Shown piece by piece: positions 51,656 to 64,000 of a DNA stretch of 64,000 nucleotides. Each line of letters begins with the position of its first letter. The first letter of the stretch is position 1. Location: NCBI RefSeq assembly GCF_009914755.1, contig NC_060931.1; one strand, 5' to 3'. The translations under genes and the position numbers were made by a program. Source of the DNA: the human T2T-CHM13v2.0 reference genome, Homo sapiens. The notes under the pieces are model-generated. The model was given only the letters and a program-made list of their open reading frames with translations. It did no database searches and was not told the origin of the DNA.

Positions 51656-53896
51656 ATTAGGCTAGATTTTCACATGTTTTTAAACAAGATCATATTATAT
51701 GGAAAATATATTAAAGTGCCATTTTTCTGGTTAAAGCAGAAGTATGGGTCTTTGGTCCCTTCTCCATCAGCCCCTGAGATGCTTCCAAGGAATGCTGGGA
51801 TTGTGTAACAGTTTGAAAGCCGCTGTTACCCCAAAGAGGGCTGCTTTTTGGGGAAATTTCTGCCTCCTAAAAAACAAAATCTGTATATATTTCCTTCAGT
51901 AGGAAAAATAGACACTAGCATTATGAAACATTATGAAATAAGTTGTTTTTGATACTTTGAGCTGAAGTTTTATTATATAGATGTGTTGACTGAAATGGCC
52001 TTTATAGTATAATTCTTCAAAATCCAGGAAACATTGTGAAATTTCAATATACTGAAATTTGTTCAATATATATTGGACACTGGCCTAAATAATGAATTCT
52101 GTTTGCATTCCAGAAGATCTAAAAATAAAGAAAAATAAGCCTCACATTGAAGGAACTTAATTTTTCTGGTAGGTTAAAAAAAAACAGTAACAGTAACTAA
52201 GGAATCATATTTCTTGATGATTTAATTAATAGAATTTCTCAGTTAATGTTATCTCTGTCAATATTGTATTAACATGTATTTTTTTTTCCTTGAGTTGGTT
52301 ATTCTGAGGAAAATTCTACAAAAGACTTCATAAATCCAGGAAAAATCCACTCACTCTGAAAGTGCCCATTCCTTCAGGTTTCCTTTACTGTTAGTGCCAC
52401 TTGAGCTGTGCAGGTGCTTTTAGGAAGTATTCAAGACAATGAGGAAGTTCATTGAAATGCACAGGAGAAAGAATAAGAAATTCTAGTACATCATCCAAAG
52501 ATGCCAGTTCTTAAGAACTTTTCTGAATTTTTAAATGCTTTATGTTAAATTTATACTTGTTCTAAAAAAAAAGTTTGTCAGTTTTTATTGGCAAGATAGA
52601 GTAGTTCTTAAAAAGAAGCAATTTTATGATGTTTTCTGGTTACATTTTAACTTACAGATGCTTGTCTTTAGAGAGACAGTAGCAATGTCAGTATCTGAAA
52701 TGCCAGTTTTGTCTTTCTTTTTGTTTCAGTCTATATTAATTTAGTAATGGCACACAGGAATTCAACTAGTCACATTTTCCATGAAATTTAACTGTAGGAT
52801 TTTATTCTTTTCTGAGCATAGTTACATGGGTTTGCTGTCAGATCATTTTAAAAAATAGATTTTTTTTTTACCTACTCTTGGAAAATACTGAGATAGGACA
52901 GAATGATAAATCTCTCAGCAACTGACCCATCTTTTGTAGCAAGGTGTCACAGTTGAGTCTACATTCTAATTCCTCTGTGCTAAGGACAATTTGCAAGTAT
53001 TAAATGATCCTTATCATTTCCTATAAATAGGGTGTTGCTAAGCAGTTGAGTGGATTTTTGAAGTAACTAACATATGGGCTAATTAATGTCTTATTGGTGA
53101 GTTCTACCCAATCGTAAAGAGTGGGAAGATGTGAGTTGCGTGCTGTAAGTTTAGTTCACCCCATATTTTAATCTGCTTTGTAAGTTTAAGCTCTTGTGTA
53201 TCTGTTTGTTCTGCATATATGTTCATATTGCATATAAGTATGAACTAGATTGAATAATATCCAAATATATATCTATTATAGAGATTCTAGAGGAATAGGG
53301 ATCCTGCAATATTATTCAAAGGACAGAATAAACTCCTCTAGAAATAAAACAAGAACTACAAACTATTAAAAACAAATAATGTATCTTCTCAATCTATTAA
53401 AATTATCACAAATCTTGGGAAGTCACTTGTATACATTGTAAATCAAAAATAATTGGTAATATATTGATATGAATGTCAAAGAAAATAAATCATATCCTAC
53501 TACTATGATGAATGTGCAAAAGAACCCATTTTTTTCAAAACAGATACCACAGATTCTCACATATGCCTTCCTGAATACTAATGAAGTGAACTGTGGACAT
53601 TAGCTATAGAAATTGACAAATGAATGGAGTATGATCTCTACATCTCCACTGACAATCATATACAGTAGAACTCCAACCCATGGTACCATTGTGGAAGTAG
53701 CAAAACAAATTAATTCTGAATATGAAAGGAGAATTTAGGGCATGCTTTAAATTAAGGAGACTTTTTAGAGCATTCTTTTGTATGACTCCGACAAGTTTTC
53801 ATTTTTGCCTTGTTTTATATTGTCAGCAGGCCACACTGTCATCATCCCTATGTATATATATGTGTGTGTGTGTGTGTGTACATATATATACACATA

Positions 53897-54200
53897 CAGT
53901 TGTGTGTCACTTAACAATGGGGGGGATACATTCTGAGAACTGCATTGTTAAATGATTTGCTCATTATGCAAACATTATAGAATGTTAGATGGCATATATA
54001 TTTTTATTTATATCTATTATATAGAAAACCAAATGTCCTAGCACCATTACTGAATATCAACAATTCTTTTATTTAATCTGCAACGCCAATATCAAGTGCC
54101 ATATATCAGGTTTCTATATGTGTGCCATTATAATCTATGAGACCATTGTCAAACATGTGATCTGTCTTTGACAAAAACCTTGTTATGTGGTGCATGGCTC
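53897..54200. mobile_element. Tigger3d-like DNA transposon
   Basis: TA|cagttgtgtgtcacttaacaatggg...atacattctgagaa; ccaatatcaagtgccatatatcaggtttctata; ends gtggtgcatggctc|TA. Confidence 0.8.
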
Positions 54201-54695
54201 TATAGATGCAAGATGATAAAGATGATATATGCAAAAACTGTATAGTTACTCCTGAGGAACCAACTCAACCAGAAAAGCCAAACCTCTTTAGAAGAGTAAT
54301 GTAATTTATCATAGCACATGAAATTAATCTTAAAGATTTCATTTTCTAAAAGTTTTCTTTGAATAATATAACTTCTATTTCAATGGATAGGACAATTTAT
54401 TCCATTTAAGGGCATTGCTTACTGAGCAGAGAGCATTTTAGATAAAAAATATAGTAACATAGGAGCTTTTATAAAGAACACAGAGAGCAAGGATATATAA
54501 ATGATGCCATTATAACTTGGATGAATATGCTTTTCATAACTAACAACCTAGCTGTGATATTAAAGAAAAGGTTTTTAAATAGTAATGCTTTTTTTAATGT
54601 AGGGACTTGGCTTCAAGTCTTGCTTGCTTTCATTTTTGCATAAAACATCTTTAGAAGGGAGTGAAGCGTGGAACTCTGGAACCACGCAGACTTAC

Positions 54696-54854
54696 CCATG
54701 AGAGCTCTGGTGCTGCAGCTCTGACCTCCGCCCTGCCGGGGTCAAGAACCATCTCTTCCTCCCTTACTGCCTGCCGGGTTCAGTGATCTCACCAGCTGTC
54801 TCAGACTCTTTTTGAAAGCAGCCGTCTGTCCTCTGTCACTTTCCAGCAGATATG
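54696..54854 (-). other. Candidate non-coding spliced exon (159 nt)
   Basis: Acceptor ttgatttcctttgtgtag and donor TGG|gtaagt; locally GC/CpG-enriched; all three frames contain a stop. Confidence 0.35.
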
Positions 54855-55864
54855 CTACACAAAGGAAATCAAGGTCACCAGGAACGTGGATTCCAAAACC
54901 AAACTTTCCAACCCCTGGATGAACAACCCTTAGACATTCCTGAATTGCTTCCCTTATTTAACTTCTCTGTCATTGACCATCAATTCTCACATTTTTGTTG
55001 AGGCAATTTTAAATATTACTTTTCCAGGTGAACTTAAAACTCTACATAAGTCTTTCAATTTGAGATCAAATATGTGTATACACTATTCAGTCTAATTACT
55101 ATAGCTTTCTCTCCTTCTTCCATTGTAAGACTGTGGATATGAATTCATCACACATACCTCTTGGACATTGTTGATGCTGATGCACATTCCTCTGTATTCA
55201 TCCTATTCTACTTTCTGGCACTTTTAGTAACGAAAATTTTTTAGAAACTGAAAGCAAAAGCAGACTCCTAATTATTTTACTTTAGATACTAGGACTATTT
55301 ATAAACTATCACTAAAAAAGCAGCTCTTGCCTGTGAATGTTCTCTTTCTGGAGTTACTCCATTTTTTTTTTTTTTAACGTCAGGTATTCTAGGACTGAGA
55401 AAGTTGTAACTCGTTCTTCGTTCTTCTCACAACTTAAACCCTCTTCAGTATGAGTGTTCATCTGCTTTTCAGTTAACTTACAGACTTCTCGACCCTACCA
55501 GCAGTTTTGCCCTGACGTAGACACTCCAAACTGACTGCTGACCATTACTCATCAAATTCAGAGTATAAACTATTAATACAATTGTGTATTTTTACTTGTT
55601 TTATTTTATTAATTCATCTTTCTTCTTTGAATATATGAAGTCTGCCTGGACTACCTTTATCTTTTCTCATTGGCCAGTTCAGAGATAATTCTTGGAAGCT
55701 TTTCATGTAGCAAGTACCTAACAAATATAGTTTACTTCTGGAGTTATTGACTAACTGAAATTAATCCCTTTCCACTGATGCACTGCATGAGCCTAGGATA
55801 TTTTATCTAAGCTTTAGTCAAACCTGGAATACCCTTATGGCAAATGTTATCTTTGAGAGAATAT

Positions 55865-56270
55865 ATTAAGATCAACTAAATGCTGTAGCAAACAAAACCA
55901 AAACCTAGTGGTATAAAACCACAGAGATTTGTTTCTCATCCATATAATAGTCTCATGCAGGTGTTTGACAGGCAGCCTTCGTAGTGGCAATGCAGGAACT
56001 TGTACTCCTTTCATTTTGTCACCTACTTGTCACCTAGGGTCCTAAGGTCCTCTGCTCAAGGTCTGCATCCAGTAGGCAGACAGGGGAGAGAGATTGTGTG
56101 AGCATATTTTTGGACCAGAGCACTTCTTCCTGCATTGAATTGGCCGAACCTAATCATGTGACACTATCTACTCAGTTCATTTAGTTATAATGAACTCTTT
56201 TATATGTAATATTTCAGTACACAGGTAGAATAGGAGACAGGTTTTGGTAATTCATTGCTGTCCCTGTAGC
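55865..56270 (-). mobile_element. MLT1J/K-like LTR
   Basis: tgctgtagcaaacaaaccaaaacctagtgg, attggccgaacctaatcatgtg. Confidence 0.6.
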
Positions 56271-56919
56271 ACACAGTGAGCACCATGGGTCAGAACTGTG
56301 AGATGCTTCCTGTGTTGCTGGCAGCCACAGGGATTCAGAGAGGCCACAAGAAGCTTACCTTTTGAACATCAGAGCTACAGACATTAATATTTAAAGTTTG
56401 AGGGAACAGAAAAGTGAAGGCTGATTATTCTTGCCACAAGTTGTAAGAAGAATAAAATGCTTCCTTTGTAGTGAATATCCTCAGGGTGGAAAAAAGGCAT
56501 GGCTCATTTAATTTCATCATCCAGTATAAGGAAAATGAACAGAAACAGATGCCTTTCCATTAATTTTGCAATGGCTGGATTGGGAATAAGGTCCTCATGG
56601 CTCCCTGTGTGTTTAAGGACATCCCAATCCATCATTACACACATACCAGAGTTTCTGCCAGCATCAGAAGCTACCTCTAGAGCAAAGATCCCAAGTTCCC
56701 AGAAAATATTCCCTCATCTATCGTATTGAAAATTTGAAAGTCTCTTCCTTCAAAGTATCAATTTTCCATCAATGACAGATGCAAATTTCTCCCTTTTTAT
56801 TTTCTGTATTGACTCAGTTTTACTTTTTTGGCTATCTTAAATAATTTTTCTTTAGATTTATATTTGATAGTAAAAAAGAAAGTTTAATTGTAGTACATTA
56901 TTAACTTATTTACCATTTA

Positions 56920-57135
56920 TAAGTATCTTTACCTACGTTGTATTATTTGACTGTTTCCTAAAAATGTTGTAAGGTATTTGCTATTGTTTTGAGTTTCTAG
57001 ATGATAAAATTGAAGCTTAAAGACTTGAATGAACTTGTCTAAAATATCATAGTGTCTCAGAACACAGGCTTCAGAATCAGGACCCAAACAGGTTTTTTGA
57101 TTGGTCTTTCTGGCTCTAAGTTCTACGCTTAAAAT
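56920..57135 (-). mobile_element. MIR fragment
   Basis: tttctagatgataaaattgaagcttaaaga, aacttgtctaaaatatcatag. Confidence 0.55.
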
Positions 57136-57644
57136 CTTTTACTAAGAGGATCACTAGATGCCTTTACACCTATATAAAAAGTAATCTTTCTGTTTAGATG
57201 ACATTGAAGAGATCCAGTCTTCAATGCTCTGAAATGAAAAAAGTCAAAACATCTCATAATAAGAGCACAAATCTATTGGGACCCACTGAAAAAACCCAAT
57301 GCAAGGAATATATGGTGAAAGTGATGGATAAATATGAGTTCTTTAATTGATAAAATTATTTTTTGTTATGTCAATATTCCATTGAAATATATATTAATCA
57401 GTATGTTTTCGAGAATAGTAACCATGATGAATAGCTAGGGATCAAAATAACAGCTGTCATTAAACAGGTATTACATATGCACCAAATATGCATGTTTCAT
57501 ATAGTCTTTATATTAAACTGCGGCTCTAGGAGGCTCATGAACTTGACCTGGTATCAATTGAGATGAAAATCCAGATCTGTTTGATTCCAAAGTCAAAACA
57601 ACACCTACATTTTAAAAACAAGAATGTTTTTCCAATGAGCACTT

Positions 57645-57675
57645 TCTCTCTCTCTCACTCTCTCTCTCTCTCTCT

Positions 57676-57731
<56 letters not shown>
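57645..57731. repeat. Compound (CT)n-(TA)n microsatellite
   Basis: Directly visible. Confidence 0.97.
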
Positions 57732-57734
<3 letters not shown>

Positions 57735-59077
57735 ATTAAAGGTCAATAATATCAAACCCTATATATAATCTACAAATAAAGACAGAAAAACATAGCTTTC
57801 TTTTTCTCAATATTTGATATTTTCAAAATATAAAATACGAAACAGAGGAAGACAACTCCAATATTTAAATTTCTTATTAGATGGAATAGTTTCTACATTA
57901 TAACATGAACAAGAATTGAATCACACAGAGATGTATTCTAGTGGGAAGCGTCAAAGTTGACCCACTTTCATGTAGAGGAGAGAGCCAACGACAGGCTTGT
58001 AGAGGGGGTGACAGCTGTCCTCACTAAGGATGTTCTGTAATTATTTACAGGAGAAAGAAAGGCAGGCAAAGCACAGACACAAGAGATCTGGAAGCATAGG
58101 CTGTTTTGGAGTCTAGGAGAGTGGTCAGCCATAGATTAACTCTATCTGCTATTTCTGAGATCTAGGCCCAAGGCTGAGGTTCAAGAGTGCAATTCCAAAG
58201 TCTAGCAAATGTAGCAAAATTACTAGTAAAATGGAGGTGGACTCTCAGTTTTATGGGAACCAGGCAGATTATCAAATAGGAATTAGACACTGACACCAAG
58301 GCAGCGCCTCAACTTTTCAGAACTGTAGAAGGACTCACAGCTAAGGTACCTGCCAGAATTGGGATAAAGGATGAGAAGTGGCTAGAAGCAAGGACGACTT
58401 TCTTCTGGATACTCAAGGTGTTCAAAGCCTCGAGGAATGATCAAAAAGACATCATCTAAAAGCCTAAATTCAAGAAACCGTTAACTCAGCAGACATTAAT
58501 TGAATGCTTCCTATTTATCTTTATATCCCCAGTATTTAGATGGTATCTGATATATCTTGACTAGCCTGAGTGAATTAAAATGCACTGGATTGGCAGAACA
58601 AAATGCTGAGCAAAGTGAGGTACTTCAAAAACATTAAATCTGACTCCAGCCAGACTTATATTTACATATCCTGCTTATAATTTTTATGTCTGCATCTATA
58701 TGATGCTCCAAAATGTCAGTGGCATTAAAATAAACAAACAAAAAAACAGAAGGGTCATGCTTGGGGATCTGCAACTAAAGGTATGTATGGAGTAACCTGA
58801 AGAAATGATTCAGCTGAGTATTTCTCCTGAAGAGGACATTGACAAGAACAAGACTGTTGTTCCTATTGAATATCTCTTCTGAAGTTTTCTTGATAAGCCA
58901 CTCCAAAATATAACACTTGCATAATTAATTGATGCCCAAGAGTCAATGTTTGAGCCATTGAGAGGTTAGCTCTTTCAGGTAAACCATTCTCTTGTATTGG
59001 GGAACCATGAACATTTTTCATCCTACTGTGTCATTTGCCTTTTAAATGCTTTAAAAGGTAGGGAGTGAGAGTACTGG

Positions 59078-59435
59078 TGCTACGATCTGAATGTTATGTT
59101 GTCCCCTCTCAAAATTTATATGTTAAAATCCTAATTCCCAAAGTGATGGTATTTGGAGATGGGATCCTTTGGGAGGTGATTAGTTTATGAAGGCACAGCC
59201 CTTATGAATGGGATTAGTGCCCTTATAAAATAGGCTAAAGGGATTCTGTCTGCCTCTTCCTATCATATGAGATCACAGCAAGAAGTTGCTAAAAAGGGCC
59301 CTCACTAGAACCTTGCCATGCCGGCACCCTGATCTTGGACGTCCCAGCCATCAGAATTGTAAGAAATATGTTTCTGGTTTTATAAGCTGCCCAGTTTATG
59401 ATATTTTGTTGCATCAGTCCAAGTGGACTAAGATA
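59078..59435 (+). mobile_element. MLT1A0-like solo LTR
   Basis: tgctacgatctgaatgt, atgaatgggattagtgcccttataaaa, ggcaccctgatcttggac, ggactaagata. Confidence 0.9.
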
Positions 59436-60457
59436 ACTTGGGTGGAGTTTAGGGAAAAAAATCATAGAATTCAGTAATAATCTGTCAGGCTCTAGCTCAA
59501 ATCCTGTAGTTTCTAGGAGAACTTCTTTTATTTCTCTAATACTTAGCACATTCTCTATGTTTTGAAATGCAAGAAAATATTTTCTACTTAGCACTAAATT
59601 ATTTTGTTCATAAACATTTTTTATTTTCTAAATTATCTATTTGGGTCAGGGACAGCATTTTATTCTGTTTGGCACAGCACCCTTCCACCCTCTATCCGCC
59701 CCGCCCCTCACCCCCCACCCATACACATAGATACAGGTAAAATCCCACCACCACAAAACATGCAGGGGCATTGCTATCCTGTCCTTCTGCCTCCCCCCAC
59801 AAAATTTACACACTTCATGCTTCTCACTCAGCTCCCTGAATTGTGTGCAGTTAGCTAGCAGAAAAGCCAGTACTGATTGATTGTTAGGGTTGCCTAGAGT
59901 TTCAATGAAATGTGGAATTTTATTGCCACATTTTGTTGCAAAATTAATAATTCTGCGAACTTGAATGATTTTTTTTCTTACAAACAGCAATTAAGTAGTC
60001 ATATCCCGTATCATTGTGCTATAATTAACTCTATCTCATTCTTATTTTGTATGATCTTGGGAAATAAGAAAAAAAGAAAATTTGCCATTCCTATGTAGAA
60101 ATATCTTCTTTTAAGATTATATTGTGAAATCAGCTTTGGTTTATATTTTAAGATTAGAACTCAAATTGCTAATGCAAACTATGGCAAAACAGAAATAATC
60201 CTCTGACTTCCATCAAAGAACCAAAAACCCCCAACAGGGCTATCTATTCAAGTCTGCAAGACTTCAAGGTTCAGAAGCACCAAGGTAACCCATGTATAAA
60301 GCAAAAACCAAGGCAATATTCTACAGAAAGTTGACCCTAGATGGTTGGAAGCCCATACATCTGAGTACCTGTGGGGCATTGGAGAGACAGTGGGGGCGAG
60401 TGTTTGTATGTATATGTGTGTATATGCTAGGGGGTGAAGACTATGCAAGAGAGGCCA

Positions 60458-60675
60458 TTATAGCTTACTGGTTAGCCTCATGGACTCCGGAACTAGCCTG
60501 AATGAGTTTAAATTACAGCTTGGTCATTTATTAATTATGTGACTTTGGGCAAAACAAAGGCAAAATGGTAACTACCTCTTAAGACTGGTGTCAGGATTAC
60601 TTGGGTTAATACATGAAAAGCACTTAGAACAGTGCCTAGCAAGTGGTGAGCACTCAATAAATATTAGCAACTGTC
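60458..60675 (+). mobile_element. MIR
   Basis: tgtgactttgggcaa, aagcacttagaacagtgcctagca, gagcactcaataaatattagc. Confidence 0.85.
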
Positions 60676-62089
60676 ATTACACCAAATAGAGGAGTGTGAT
60701 GCATCTAATACAAACTTCATCATGTTCAAAAGGAAGCCTAGATTCACCTGAAGTTTGAAATATGAGCCACAAAGAATGAGAAACATGACATTAAATATAA
60801 GAATTTTAAAATGAGTTTCTCTAAGCCATTGAAAAGATCTGGCAAAGTGTAGTCAGGTTATTTAGATGGGCTAGACAAATTGCTTCTCCCAAGTCTCCAC
60901 CTATGTGAGTGCTCACATCACAAGACGGCAGTGTAAAATTCTCAATAGTATCTAAATAAATTAATTCTATCAGATATCCAAATACTGCAAAAATAGAAAA
61001 AAATCCCAAAAAACACATTAAAAATTCTCAGAAATTTTTATCCTTAACGTCCCTTACGTGATTAATGATATACTCATTTAGAGCAGAATAATGGATATCT
61101 AATGATACACAACACGTAGAACAAAATACATTTACAAATGTTAAATGTACATATATATTCTGTCAGAAAATTGAAATGTATTAAGATGATTTTAGTTTAC
61201 TTTTATTATTCAGTCTGTTTACTATATTTAGATAATAAAATTCTATTAGCATTATACATGACTTATGAGTTCAAAACAACTTTTCAGTAGCAGCATAGGA
61301 AATGTGCGGGTGGGGCAGGGTTGATAAATGGGCTCTATGAGAAGAATAATGGTAGGCTTCGCACTCTTTTCATAAAGAATATTTCAAATTTATCATATAA
61401 AGTGAGTTCCTGCAAGTGTGGTGACAACCTGGGGGAAGAATAAAGAACCTACTCCTAACAATGAACAGAATTAAAGTAGAATTGGAGAATACTCAGGCAT
61501 TAGAGAGTATGTACCATGTAATCAAGTTCATATTGATCAAATATTGAGGGAAAAAAATGACATCCAAGGTTTTCCTAGGATGCTTCCATACTCAAATATA
61601 GCCACATGGCTAAGGTAATCTTGCATTATATGCTCAGCTATAAGGCTCTAGACTTCAATGGAAAGTGATCATTTTCATAATGTTAAATTCCCTTTGTGAG
61701 TGTGGATCCCATTTACTTGCTACCAGTCAGCATTCTTGTCACTTTACTCCAAGCTGAATAGCTTGGCTATAGCAGGAACCAGTAGCTGTCTTGCCCATCT
61801 CCACCAGGTGTATGTGTAGCACGGGGGGTCGCAACATCATGGTTGAAGCTCTTTAGATGACTTGTCACGCCCAGGATTCGCCCTTTAGTTACCAAAGTGA
61901 GGTGAAAAGAGAAAAAAGGATTGTCTCCTTGGGTTTTAGAGTCACTTTATTCTCTGAGTTTCTAGGTGCTGATGAGAAAGTTAGAGCTGGGAAAGAGAAA
62001 AGGGATCCCCATGACTTGTCCTTTTATCCCGAGGGGTAATCCAATACTGCTTTTCTCCTTTTGTTCCATGGCAACTGTGCAAGAGACTT

Positions 62090-62597
62090 TAGTAGATGTC
62101 CCTCAGTTGGGGTTTATATGATGTTGATTAGCCTGAGTTATGAGTTTTTGGGAGGAAGAGCACAGAGGTAAACTGCCATTTTCAGCATATCATATCAGGA
62201 GCACAAACTATCGACGTGATTTATCACTGTTGATGTTAACCCTGAACACTTGCCTAAGATAGTGTTTGTCAAGTTTCTTCACTGTAAAGTTACTCTTTCT
62301 TCCTTTCTCCATACAGTCCTCTTTGGTAAGAACTTTCTGTATACAACCCACACTTAAAAATTAGAGAGATGTGCTTCACCTCCTTGAGGATGAATTGTCT
62401 ACATAGAATAGTTGAAATTCTTCTGCATGGGAGATTGGTTTTTATTTATTCATTCATTCTTTCAATTATTCATTCATTTATGGCAATATGGACTCATGAA
62501 TATTTATTTTATATTTTGAGTTATAAACCAATATTACTTTATTTTGTTGCCCAAATTTTTCCAGCTTTGGTTATTGAGGACACTTTCAGTTGGTTGG
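62090..62597 (-). mobile_element. L1MD-type 3'UTR, inverted segment
   Basis: gatttatcactgttgatgttaacc, cactgtaaagttactct, caaatttttccagctttgg. Confidence 0.85.
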
Positions 62598-62599
62598 CC

Positions 62600-62912
62600 A
62601 TGACCTTGCAAAAAGTCAAATTCCTCAAAAACAAAAAAGGTCTAAGAAACTGTTACAATCAACTAAATGTGATGCAATATTCTAGATGGAATCTTGAAAC
62701 AGGGAAAAGATATTAGGTAAAAGTAAAGGAAATCTGAATAAAGGATGGGCTTTAGTTAATAATAATGAATCAATAATGGTCTGCTAGCAAATGTACCATA
62801 CTAATGTAAGATGTTAATAATAAGAGATACTGTGTACAGGGTTTGTGGGGACTTTTTGTATTACTTTTGCAATTTTTTGGTAAATCTAAATCTAAAATAA
62901 AATGTTAAAAAG
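62600..62912 (+). mobile_element. L1MD-type 3' terminus
   Basis: caactaaatgtgatg, aaggaaatctgaataaa, aaatgtaccatactaatgtaagatgttaataata. Confidence 0.85.
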
Positions 62913-62947
62913 AAACCATAATGCCTTAGTTTCCACTCAGTAGATTC

Positions 62948-63085
62948 TTTTAAATAATTTCAACTCTTATTTTAGAGTCAGGGGGTACATGTTCATGGGT
63001 ATATTGCATGATGCTGAGGTTTGAGGTACAATTGAACCCATCACCCAGGAAATAAGCCTAATACCTAACAATTTTGCAACCCTTG
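62948..63085 (-). mobile_element. Short old L1PA (15/16-like) 3' end with TSD
   Basis: ttcaactcttattttagagtcagggggtacatgt, atattgcatgatgctgaggttt; TSD cactcagYaga starting at 62934 and 63086. Confidence 0.85.
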
Positions 63086-64000
63086 CACTCAGCAGAATTT
63101 CAAGGAGTTGAAGATCTAATTTGAGCAGAGCTCCTGCCTGCCACAAAGACCTCAAGAGCCAGCTGAGTTCTCACCATAAACTGAAATATTCAAGATCTCT
63201 TATTCTAAATTGATTTTCAAACCTCTCAAAGGAACTTTTTCTGCTTACTAGAAAGTTAATTCAATAATTGTGATCTGAAACTTCTCATGTGCAGACAAGC
63301 AACTGACAAATTAAATTAGGGCCACTGTATATAACCAAACTCTCTCAGAGGACCTAATGCCACTTGAGTGGGTTGGGGCTGCTGTGTAGCTTTGGAGTCA
63401 TCTTGCACATCGCTAACTATCTGTGCTTGATTCCAAAGGTGGCTTAGCGTCTATGGTCAATTCCACCTTGATAGCCATGTAAATAGCTCCTGGGTGAAGC
63501 CCAGACCATAGGGAACATTATCTCTCCTCTTCTGGAAATGATAACTCTGCATAGCCAGACTCAAATTACACTGACCTTTTTGATAGCCATGTCACATCCT
63601 ACAGTGACAGTCAATTAGGTTGCCCAGCTCACTCTGAGGTTTTTTTAAGCACTGGAAATTAACAACATTTTGTGTGTGTTTTATTAAATGTCTGTATTTC
63701 TGATTTGTGTCTCAATGCATTGATGTTTATTTCTTGGTCCATTTATTTCTGAATTTACAGCTTTTCCTTTTCTATTCACTTTTCTCTTTGATGCAACACT
63801 TAATTTGTGTTAGGAAGAAATAAATAAGTTACCGCTTTTAAGATGTGAAAGACCCAAAATAGCTCTGAGATTTGCTGTTTTATGAATGATTGAAAATCAA
63901 AGTCATACTTAAGGTGAGATCAAAAGACACATAATGCTTTCCAGCCTAAAATATGCATTTGAGATTTAGGGGTAGCTACAAATGTAATTATTATAATCAT

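Noticed and set aside
54020-54125. L1-like sequence inside a DNA transposon, suggesting a novel capture
   Set aside because: As I recall it, this internal segment is part of the Tigger3d consensus, so it is not locus-specific

Overview
This is AT-rich, CpG-poor, repeat-dense non-coding DNA from a catarrhine primate, most likely human. It carries Alu (including AluY), THE1, MLT1, L1, L2, MIR, Tigger and Charlie elements. I cannot support any protein-coding gene, RNA gene or CRISPR array. The listed ORFs are repeat-derived or chance frames, so the window looks intronic or intergenic. The signals that ordinary repeat annotation does not explain are: (1) a TSD-flanked, ATTAAA-terminated, GC-richer ~0.93 kb insertion at 2959-3891 that looks like a 5'-truncated mRNA 3'UTR retrocopy; (2) a 108-bp direct duplication of non-repeat sequence (33247-33354 and 34940-35047) with a hairpin at one junction; (3) an old L1 that keeps its 5'UTR but collapses into a multi-orientation, two-subfamily patchwork at 27.1-27.8 kb; (4) one target site present three times around two tandem Alus; (5) ultra-short retro-insertions with TSDs and an inverted old L1 3' end; and (6) several candidate spliced non-coding exons and RFX/homeodomain motif clusters. 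I found no novel multi-gene system. Repeat subfamily names come from recalled consensus sequences and need RepeatMasker/Dfam confirmation. Boundaries of old repeats are approximate.
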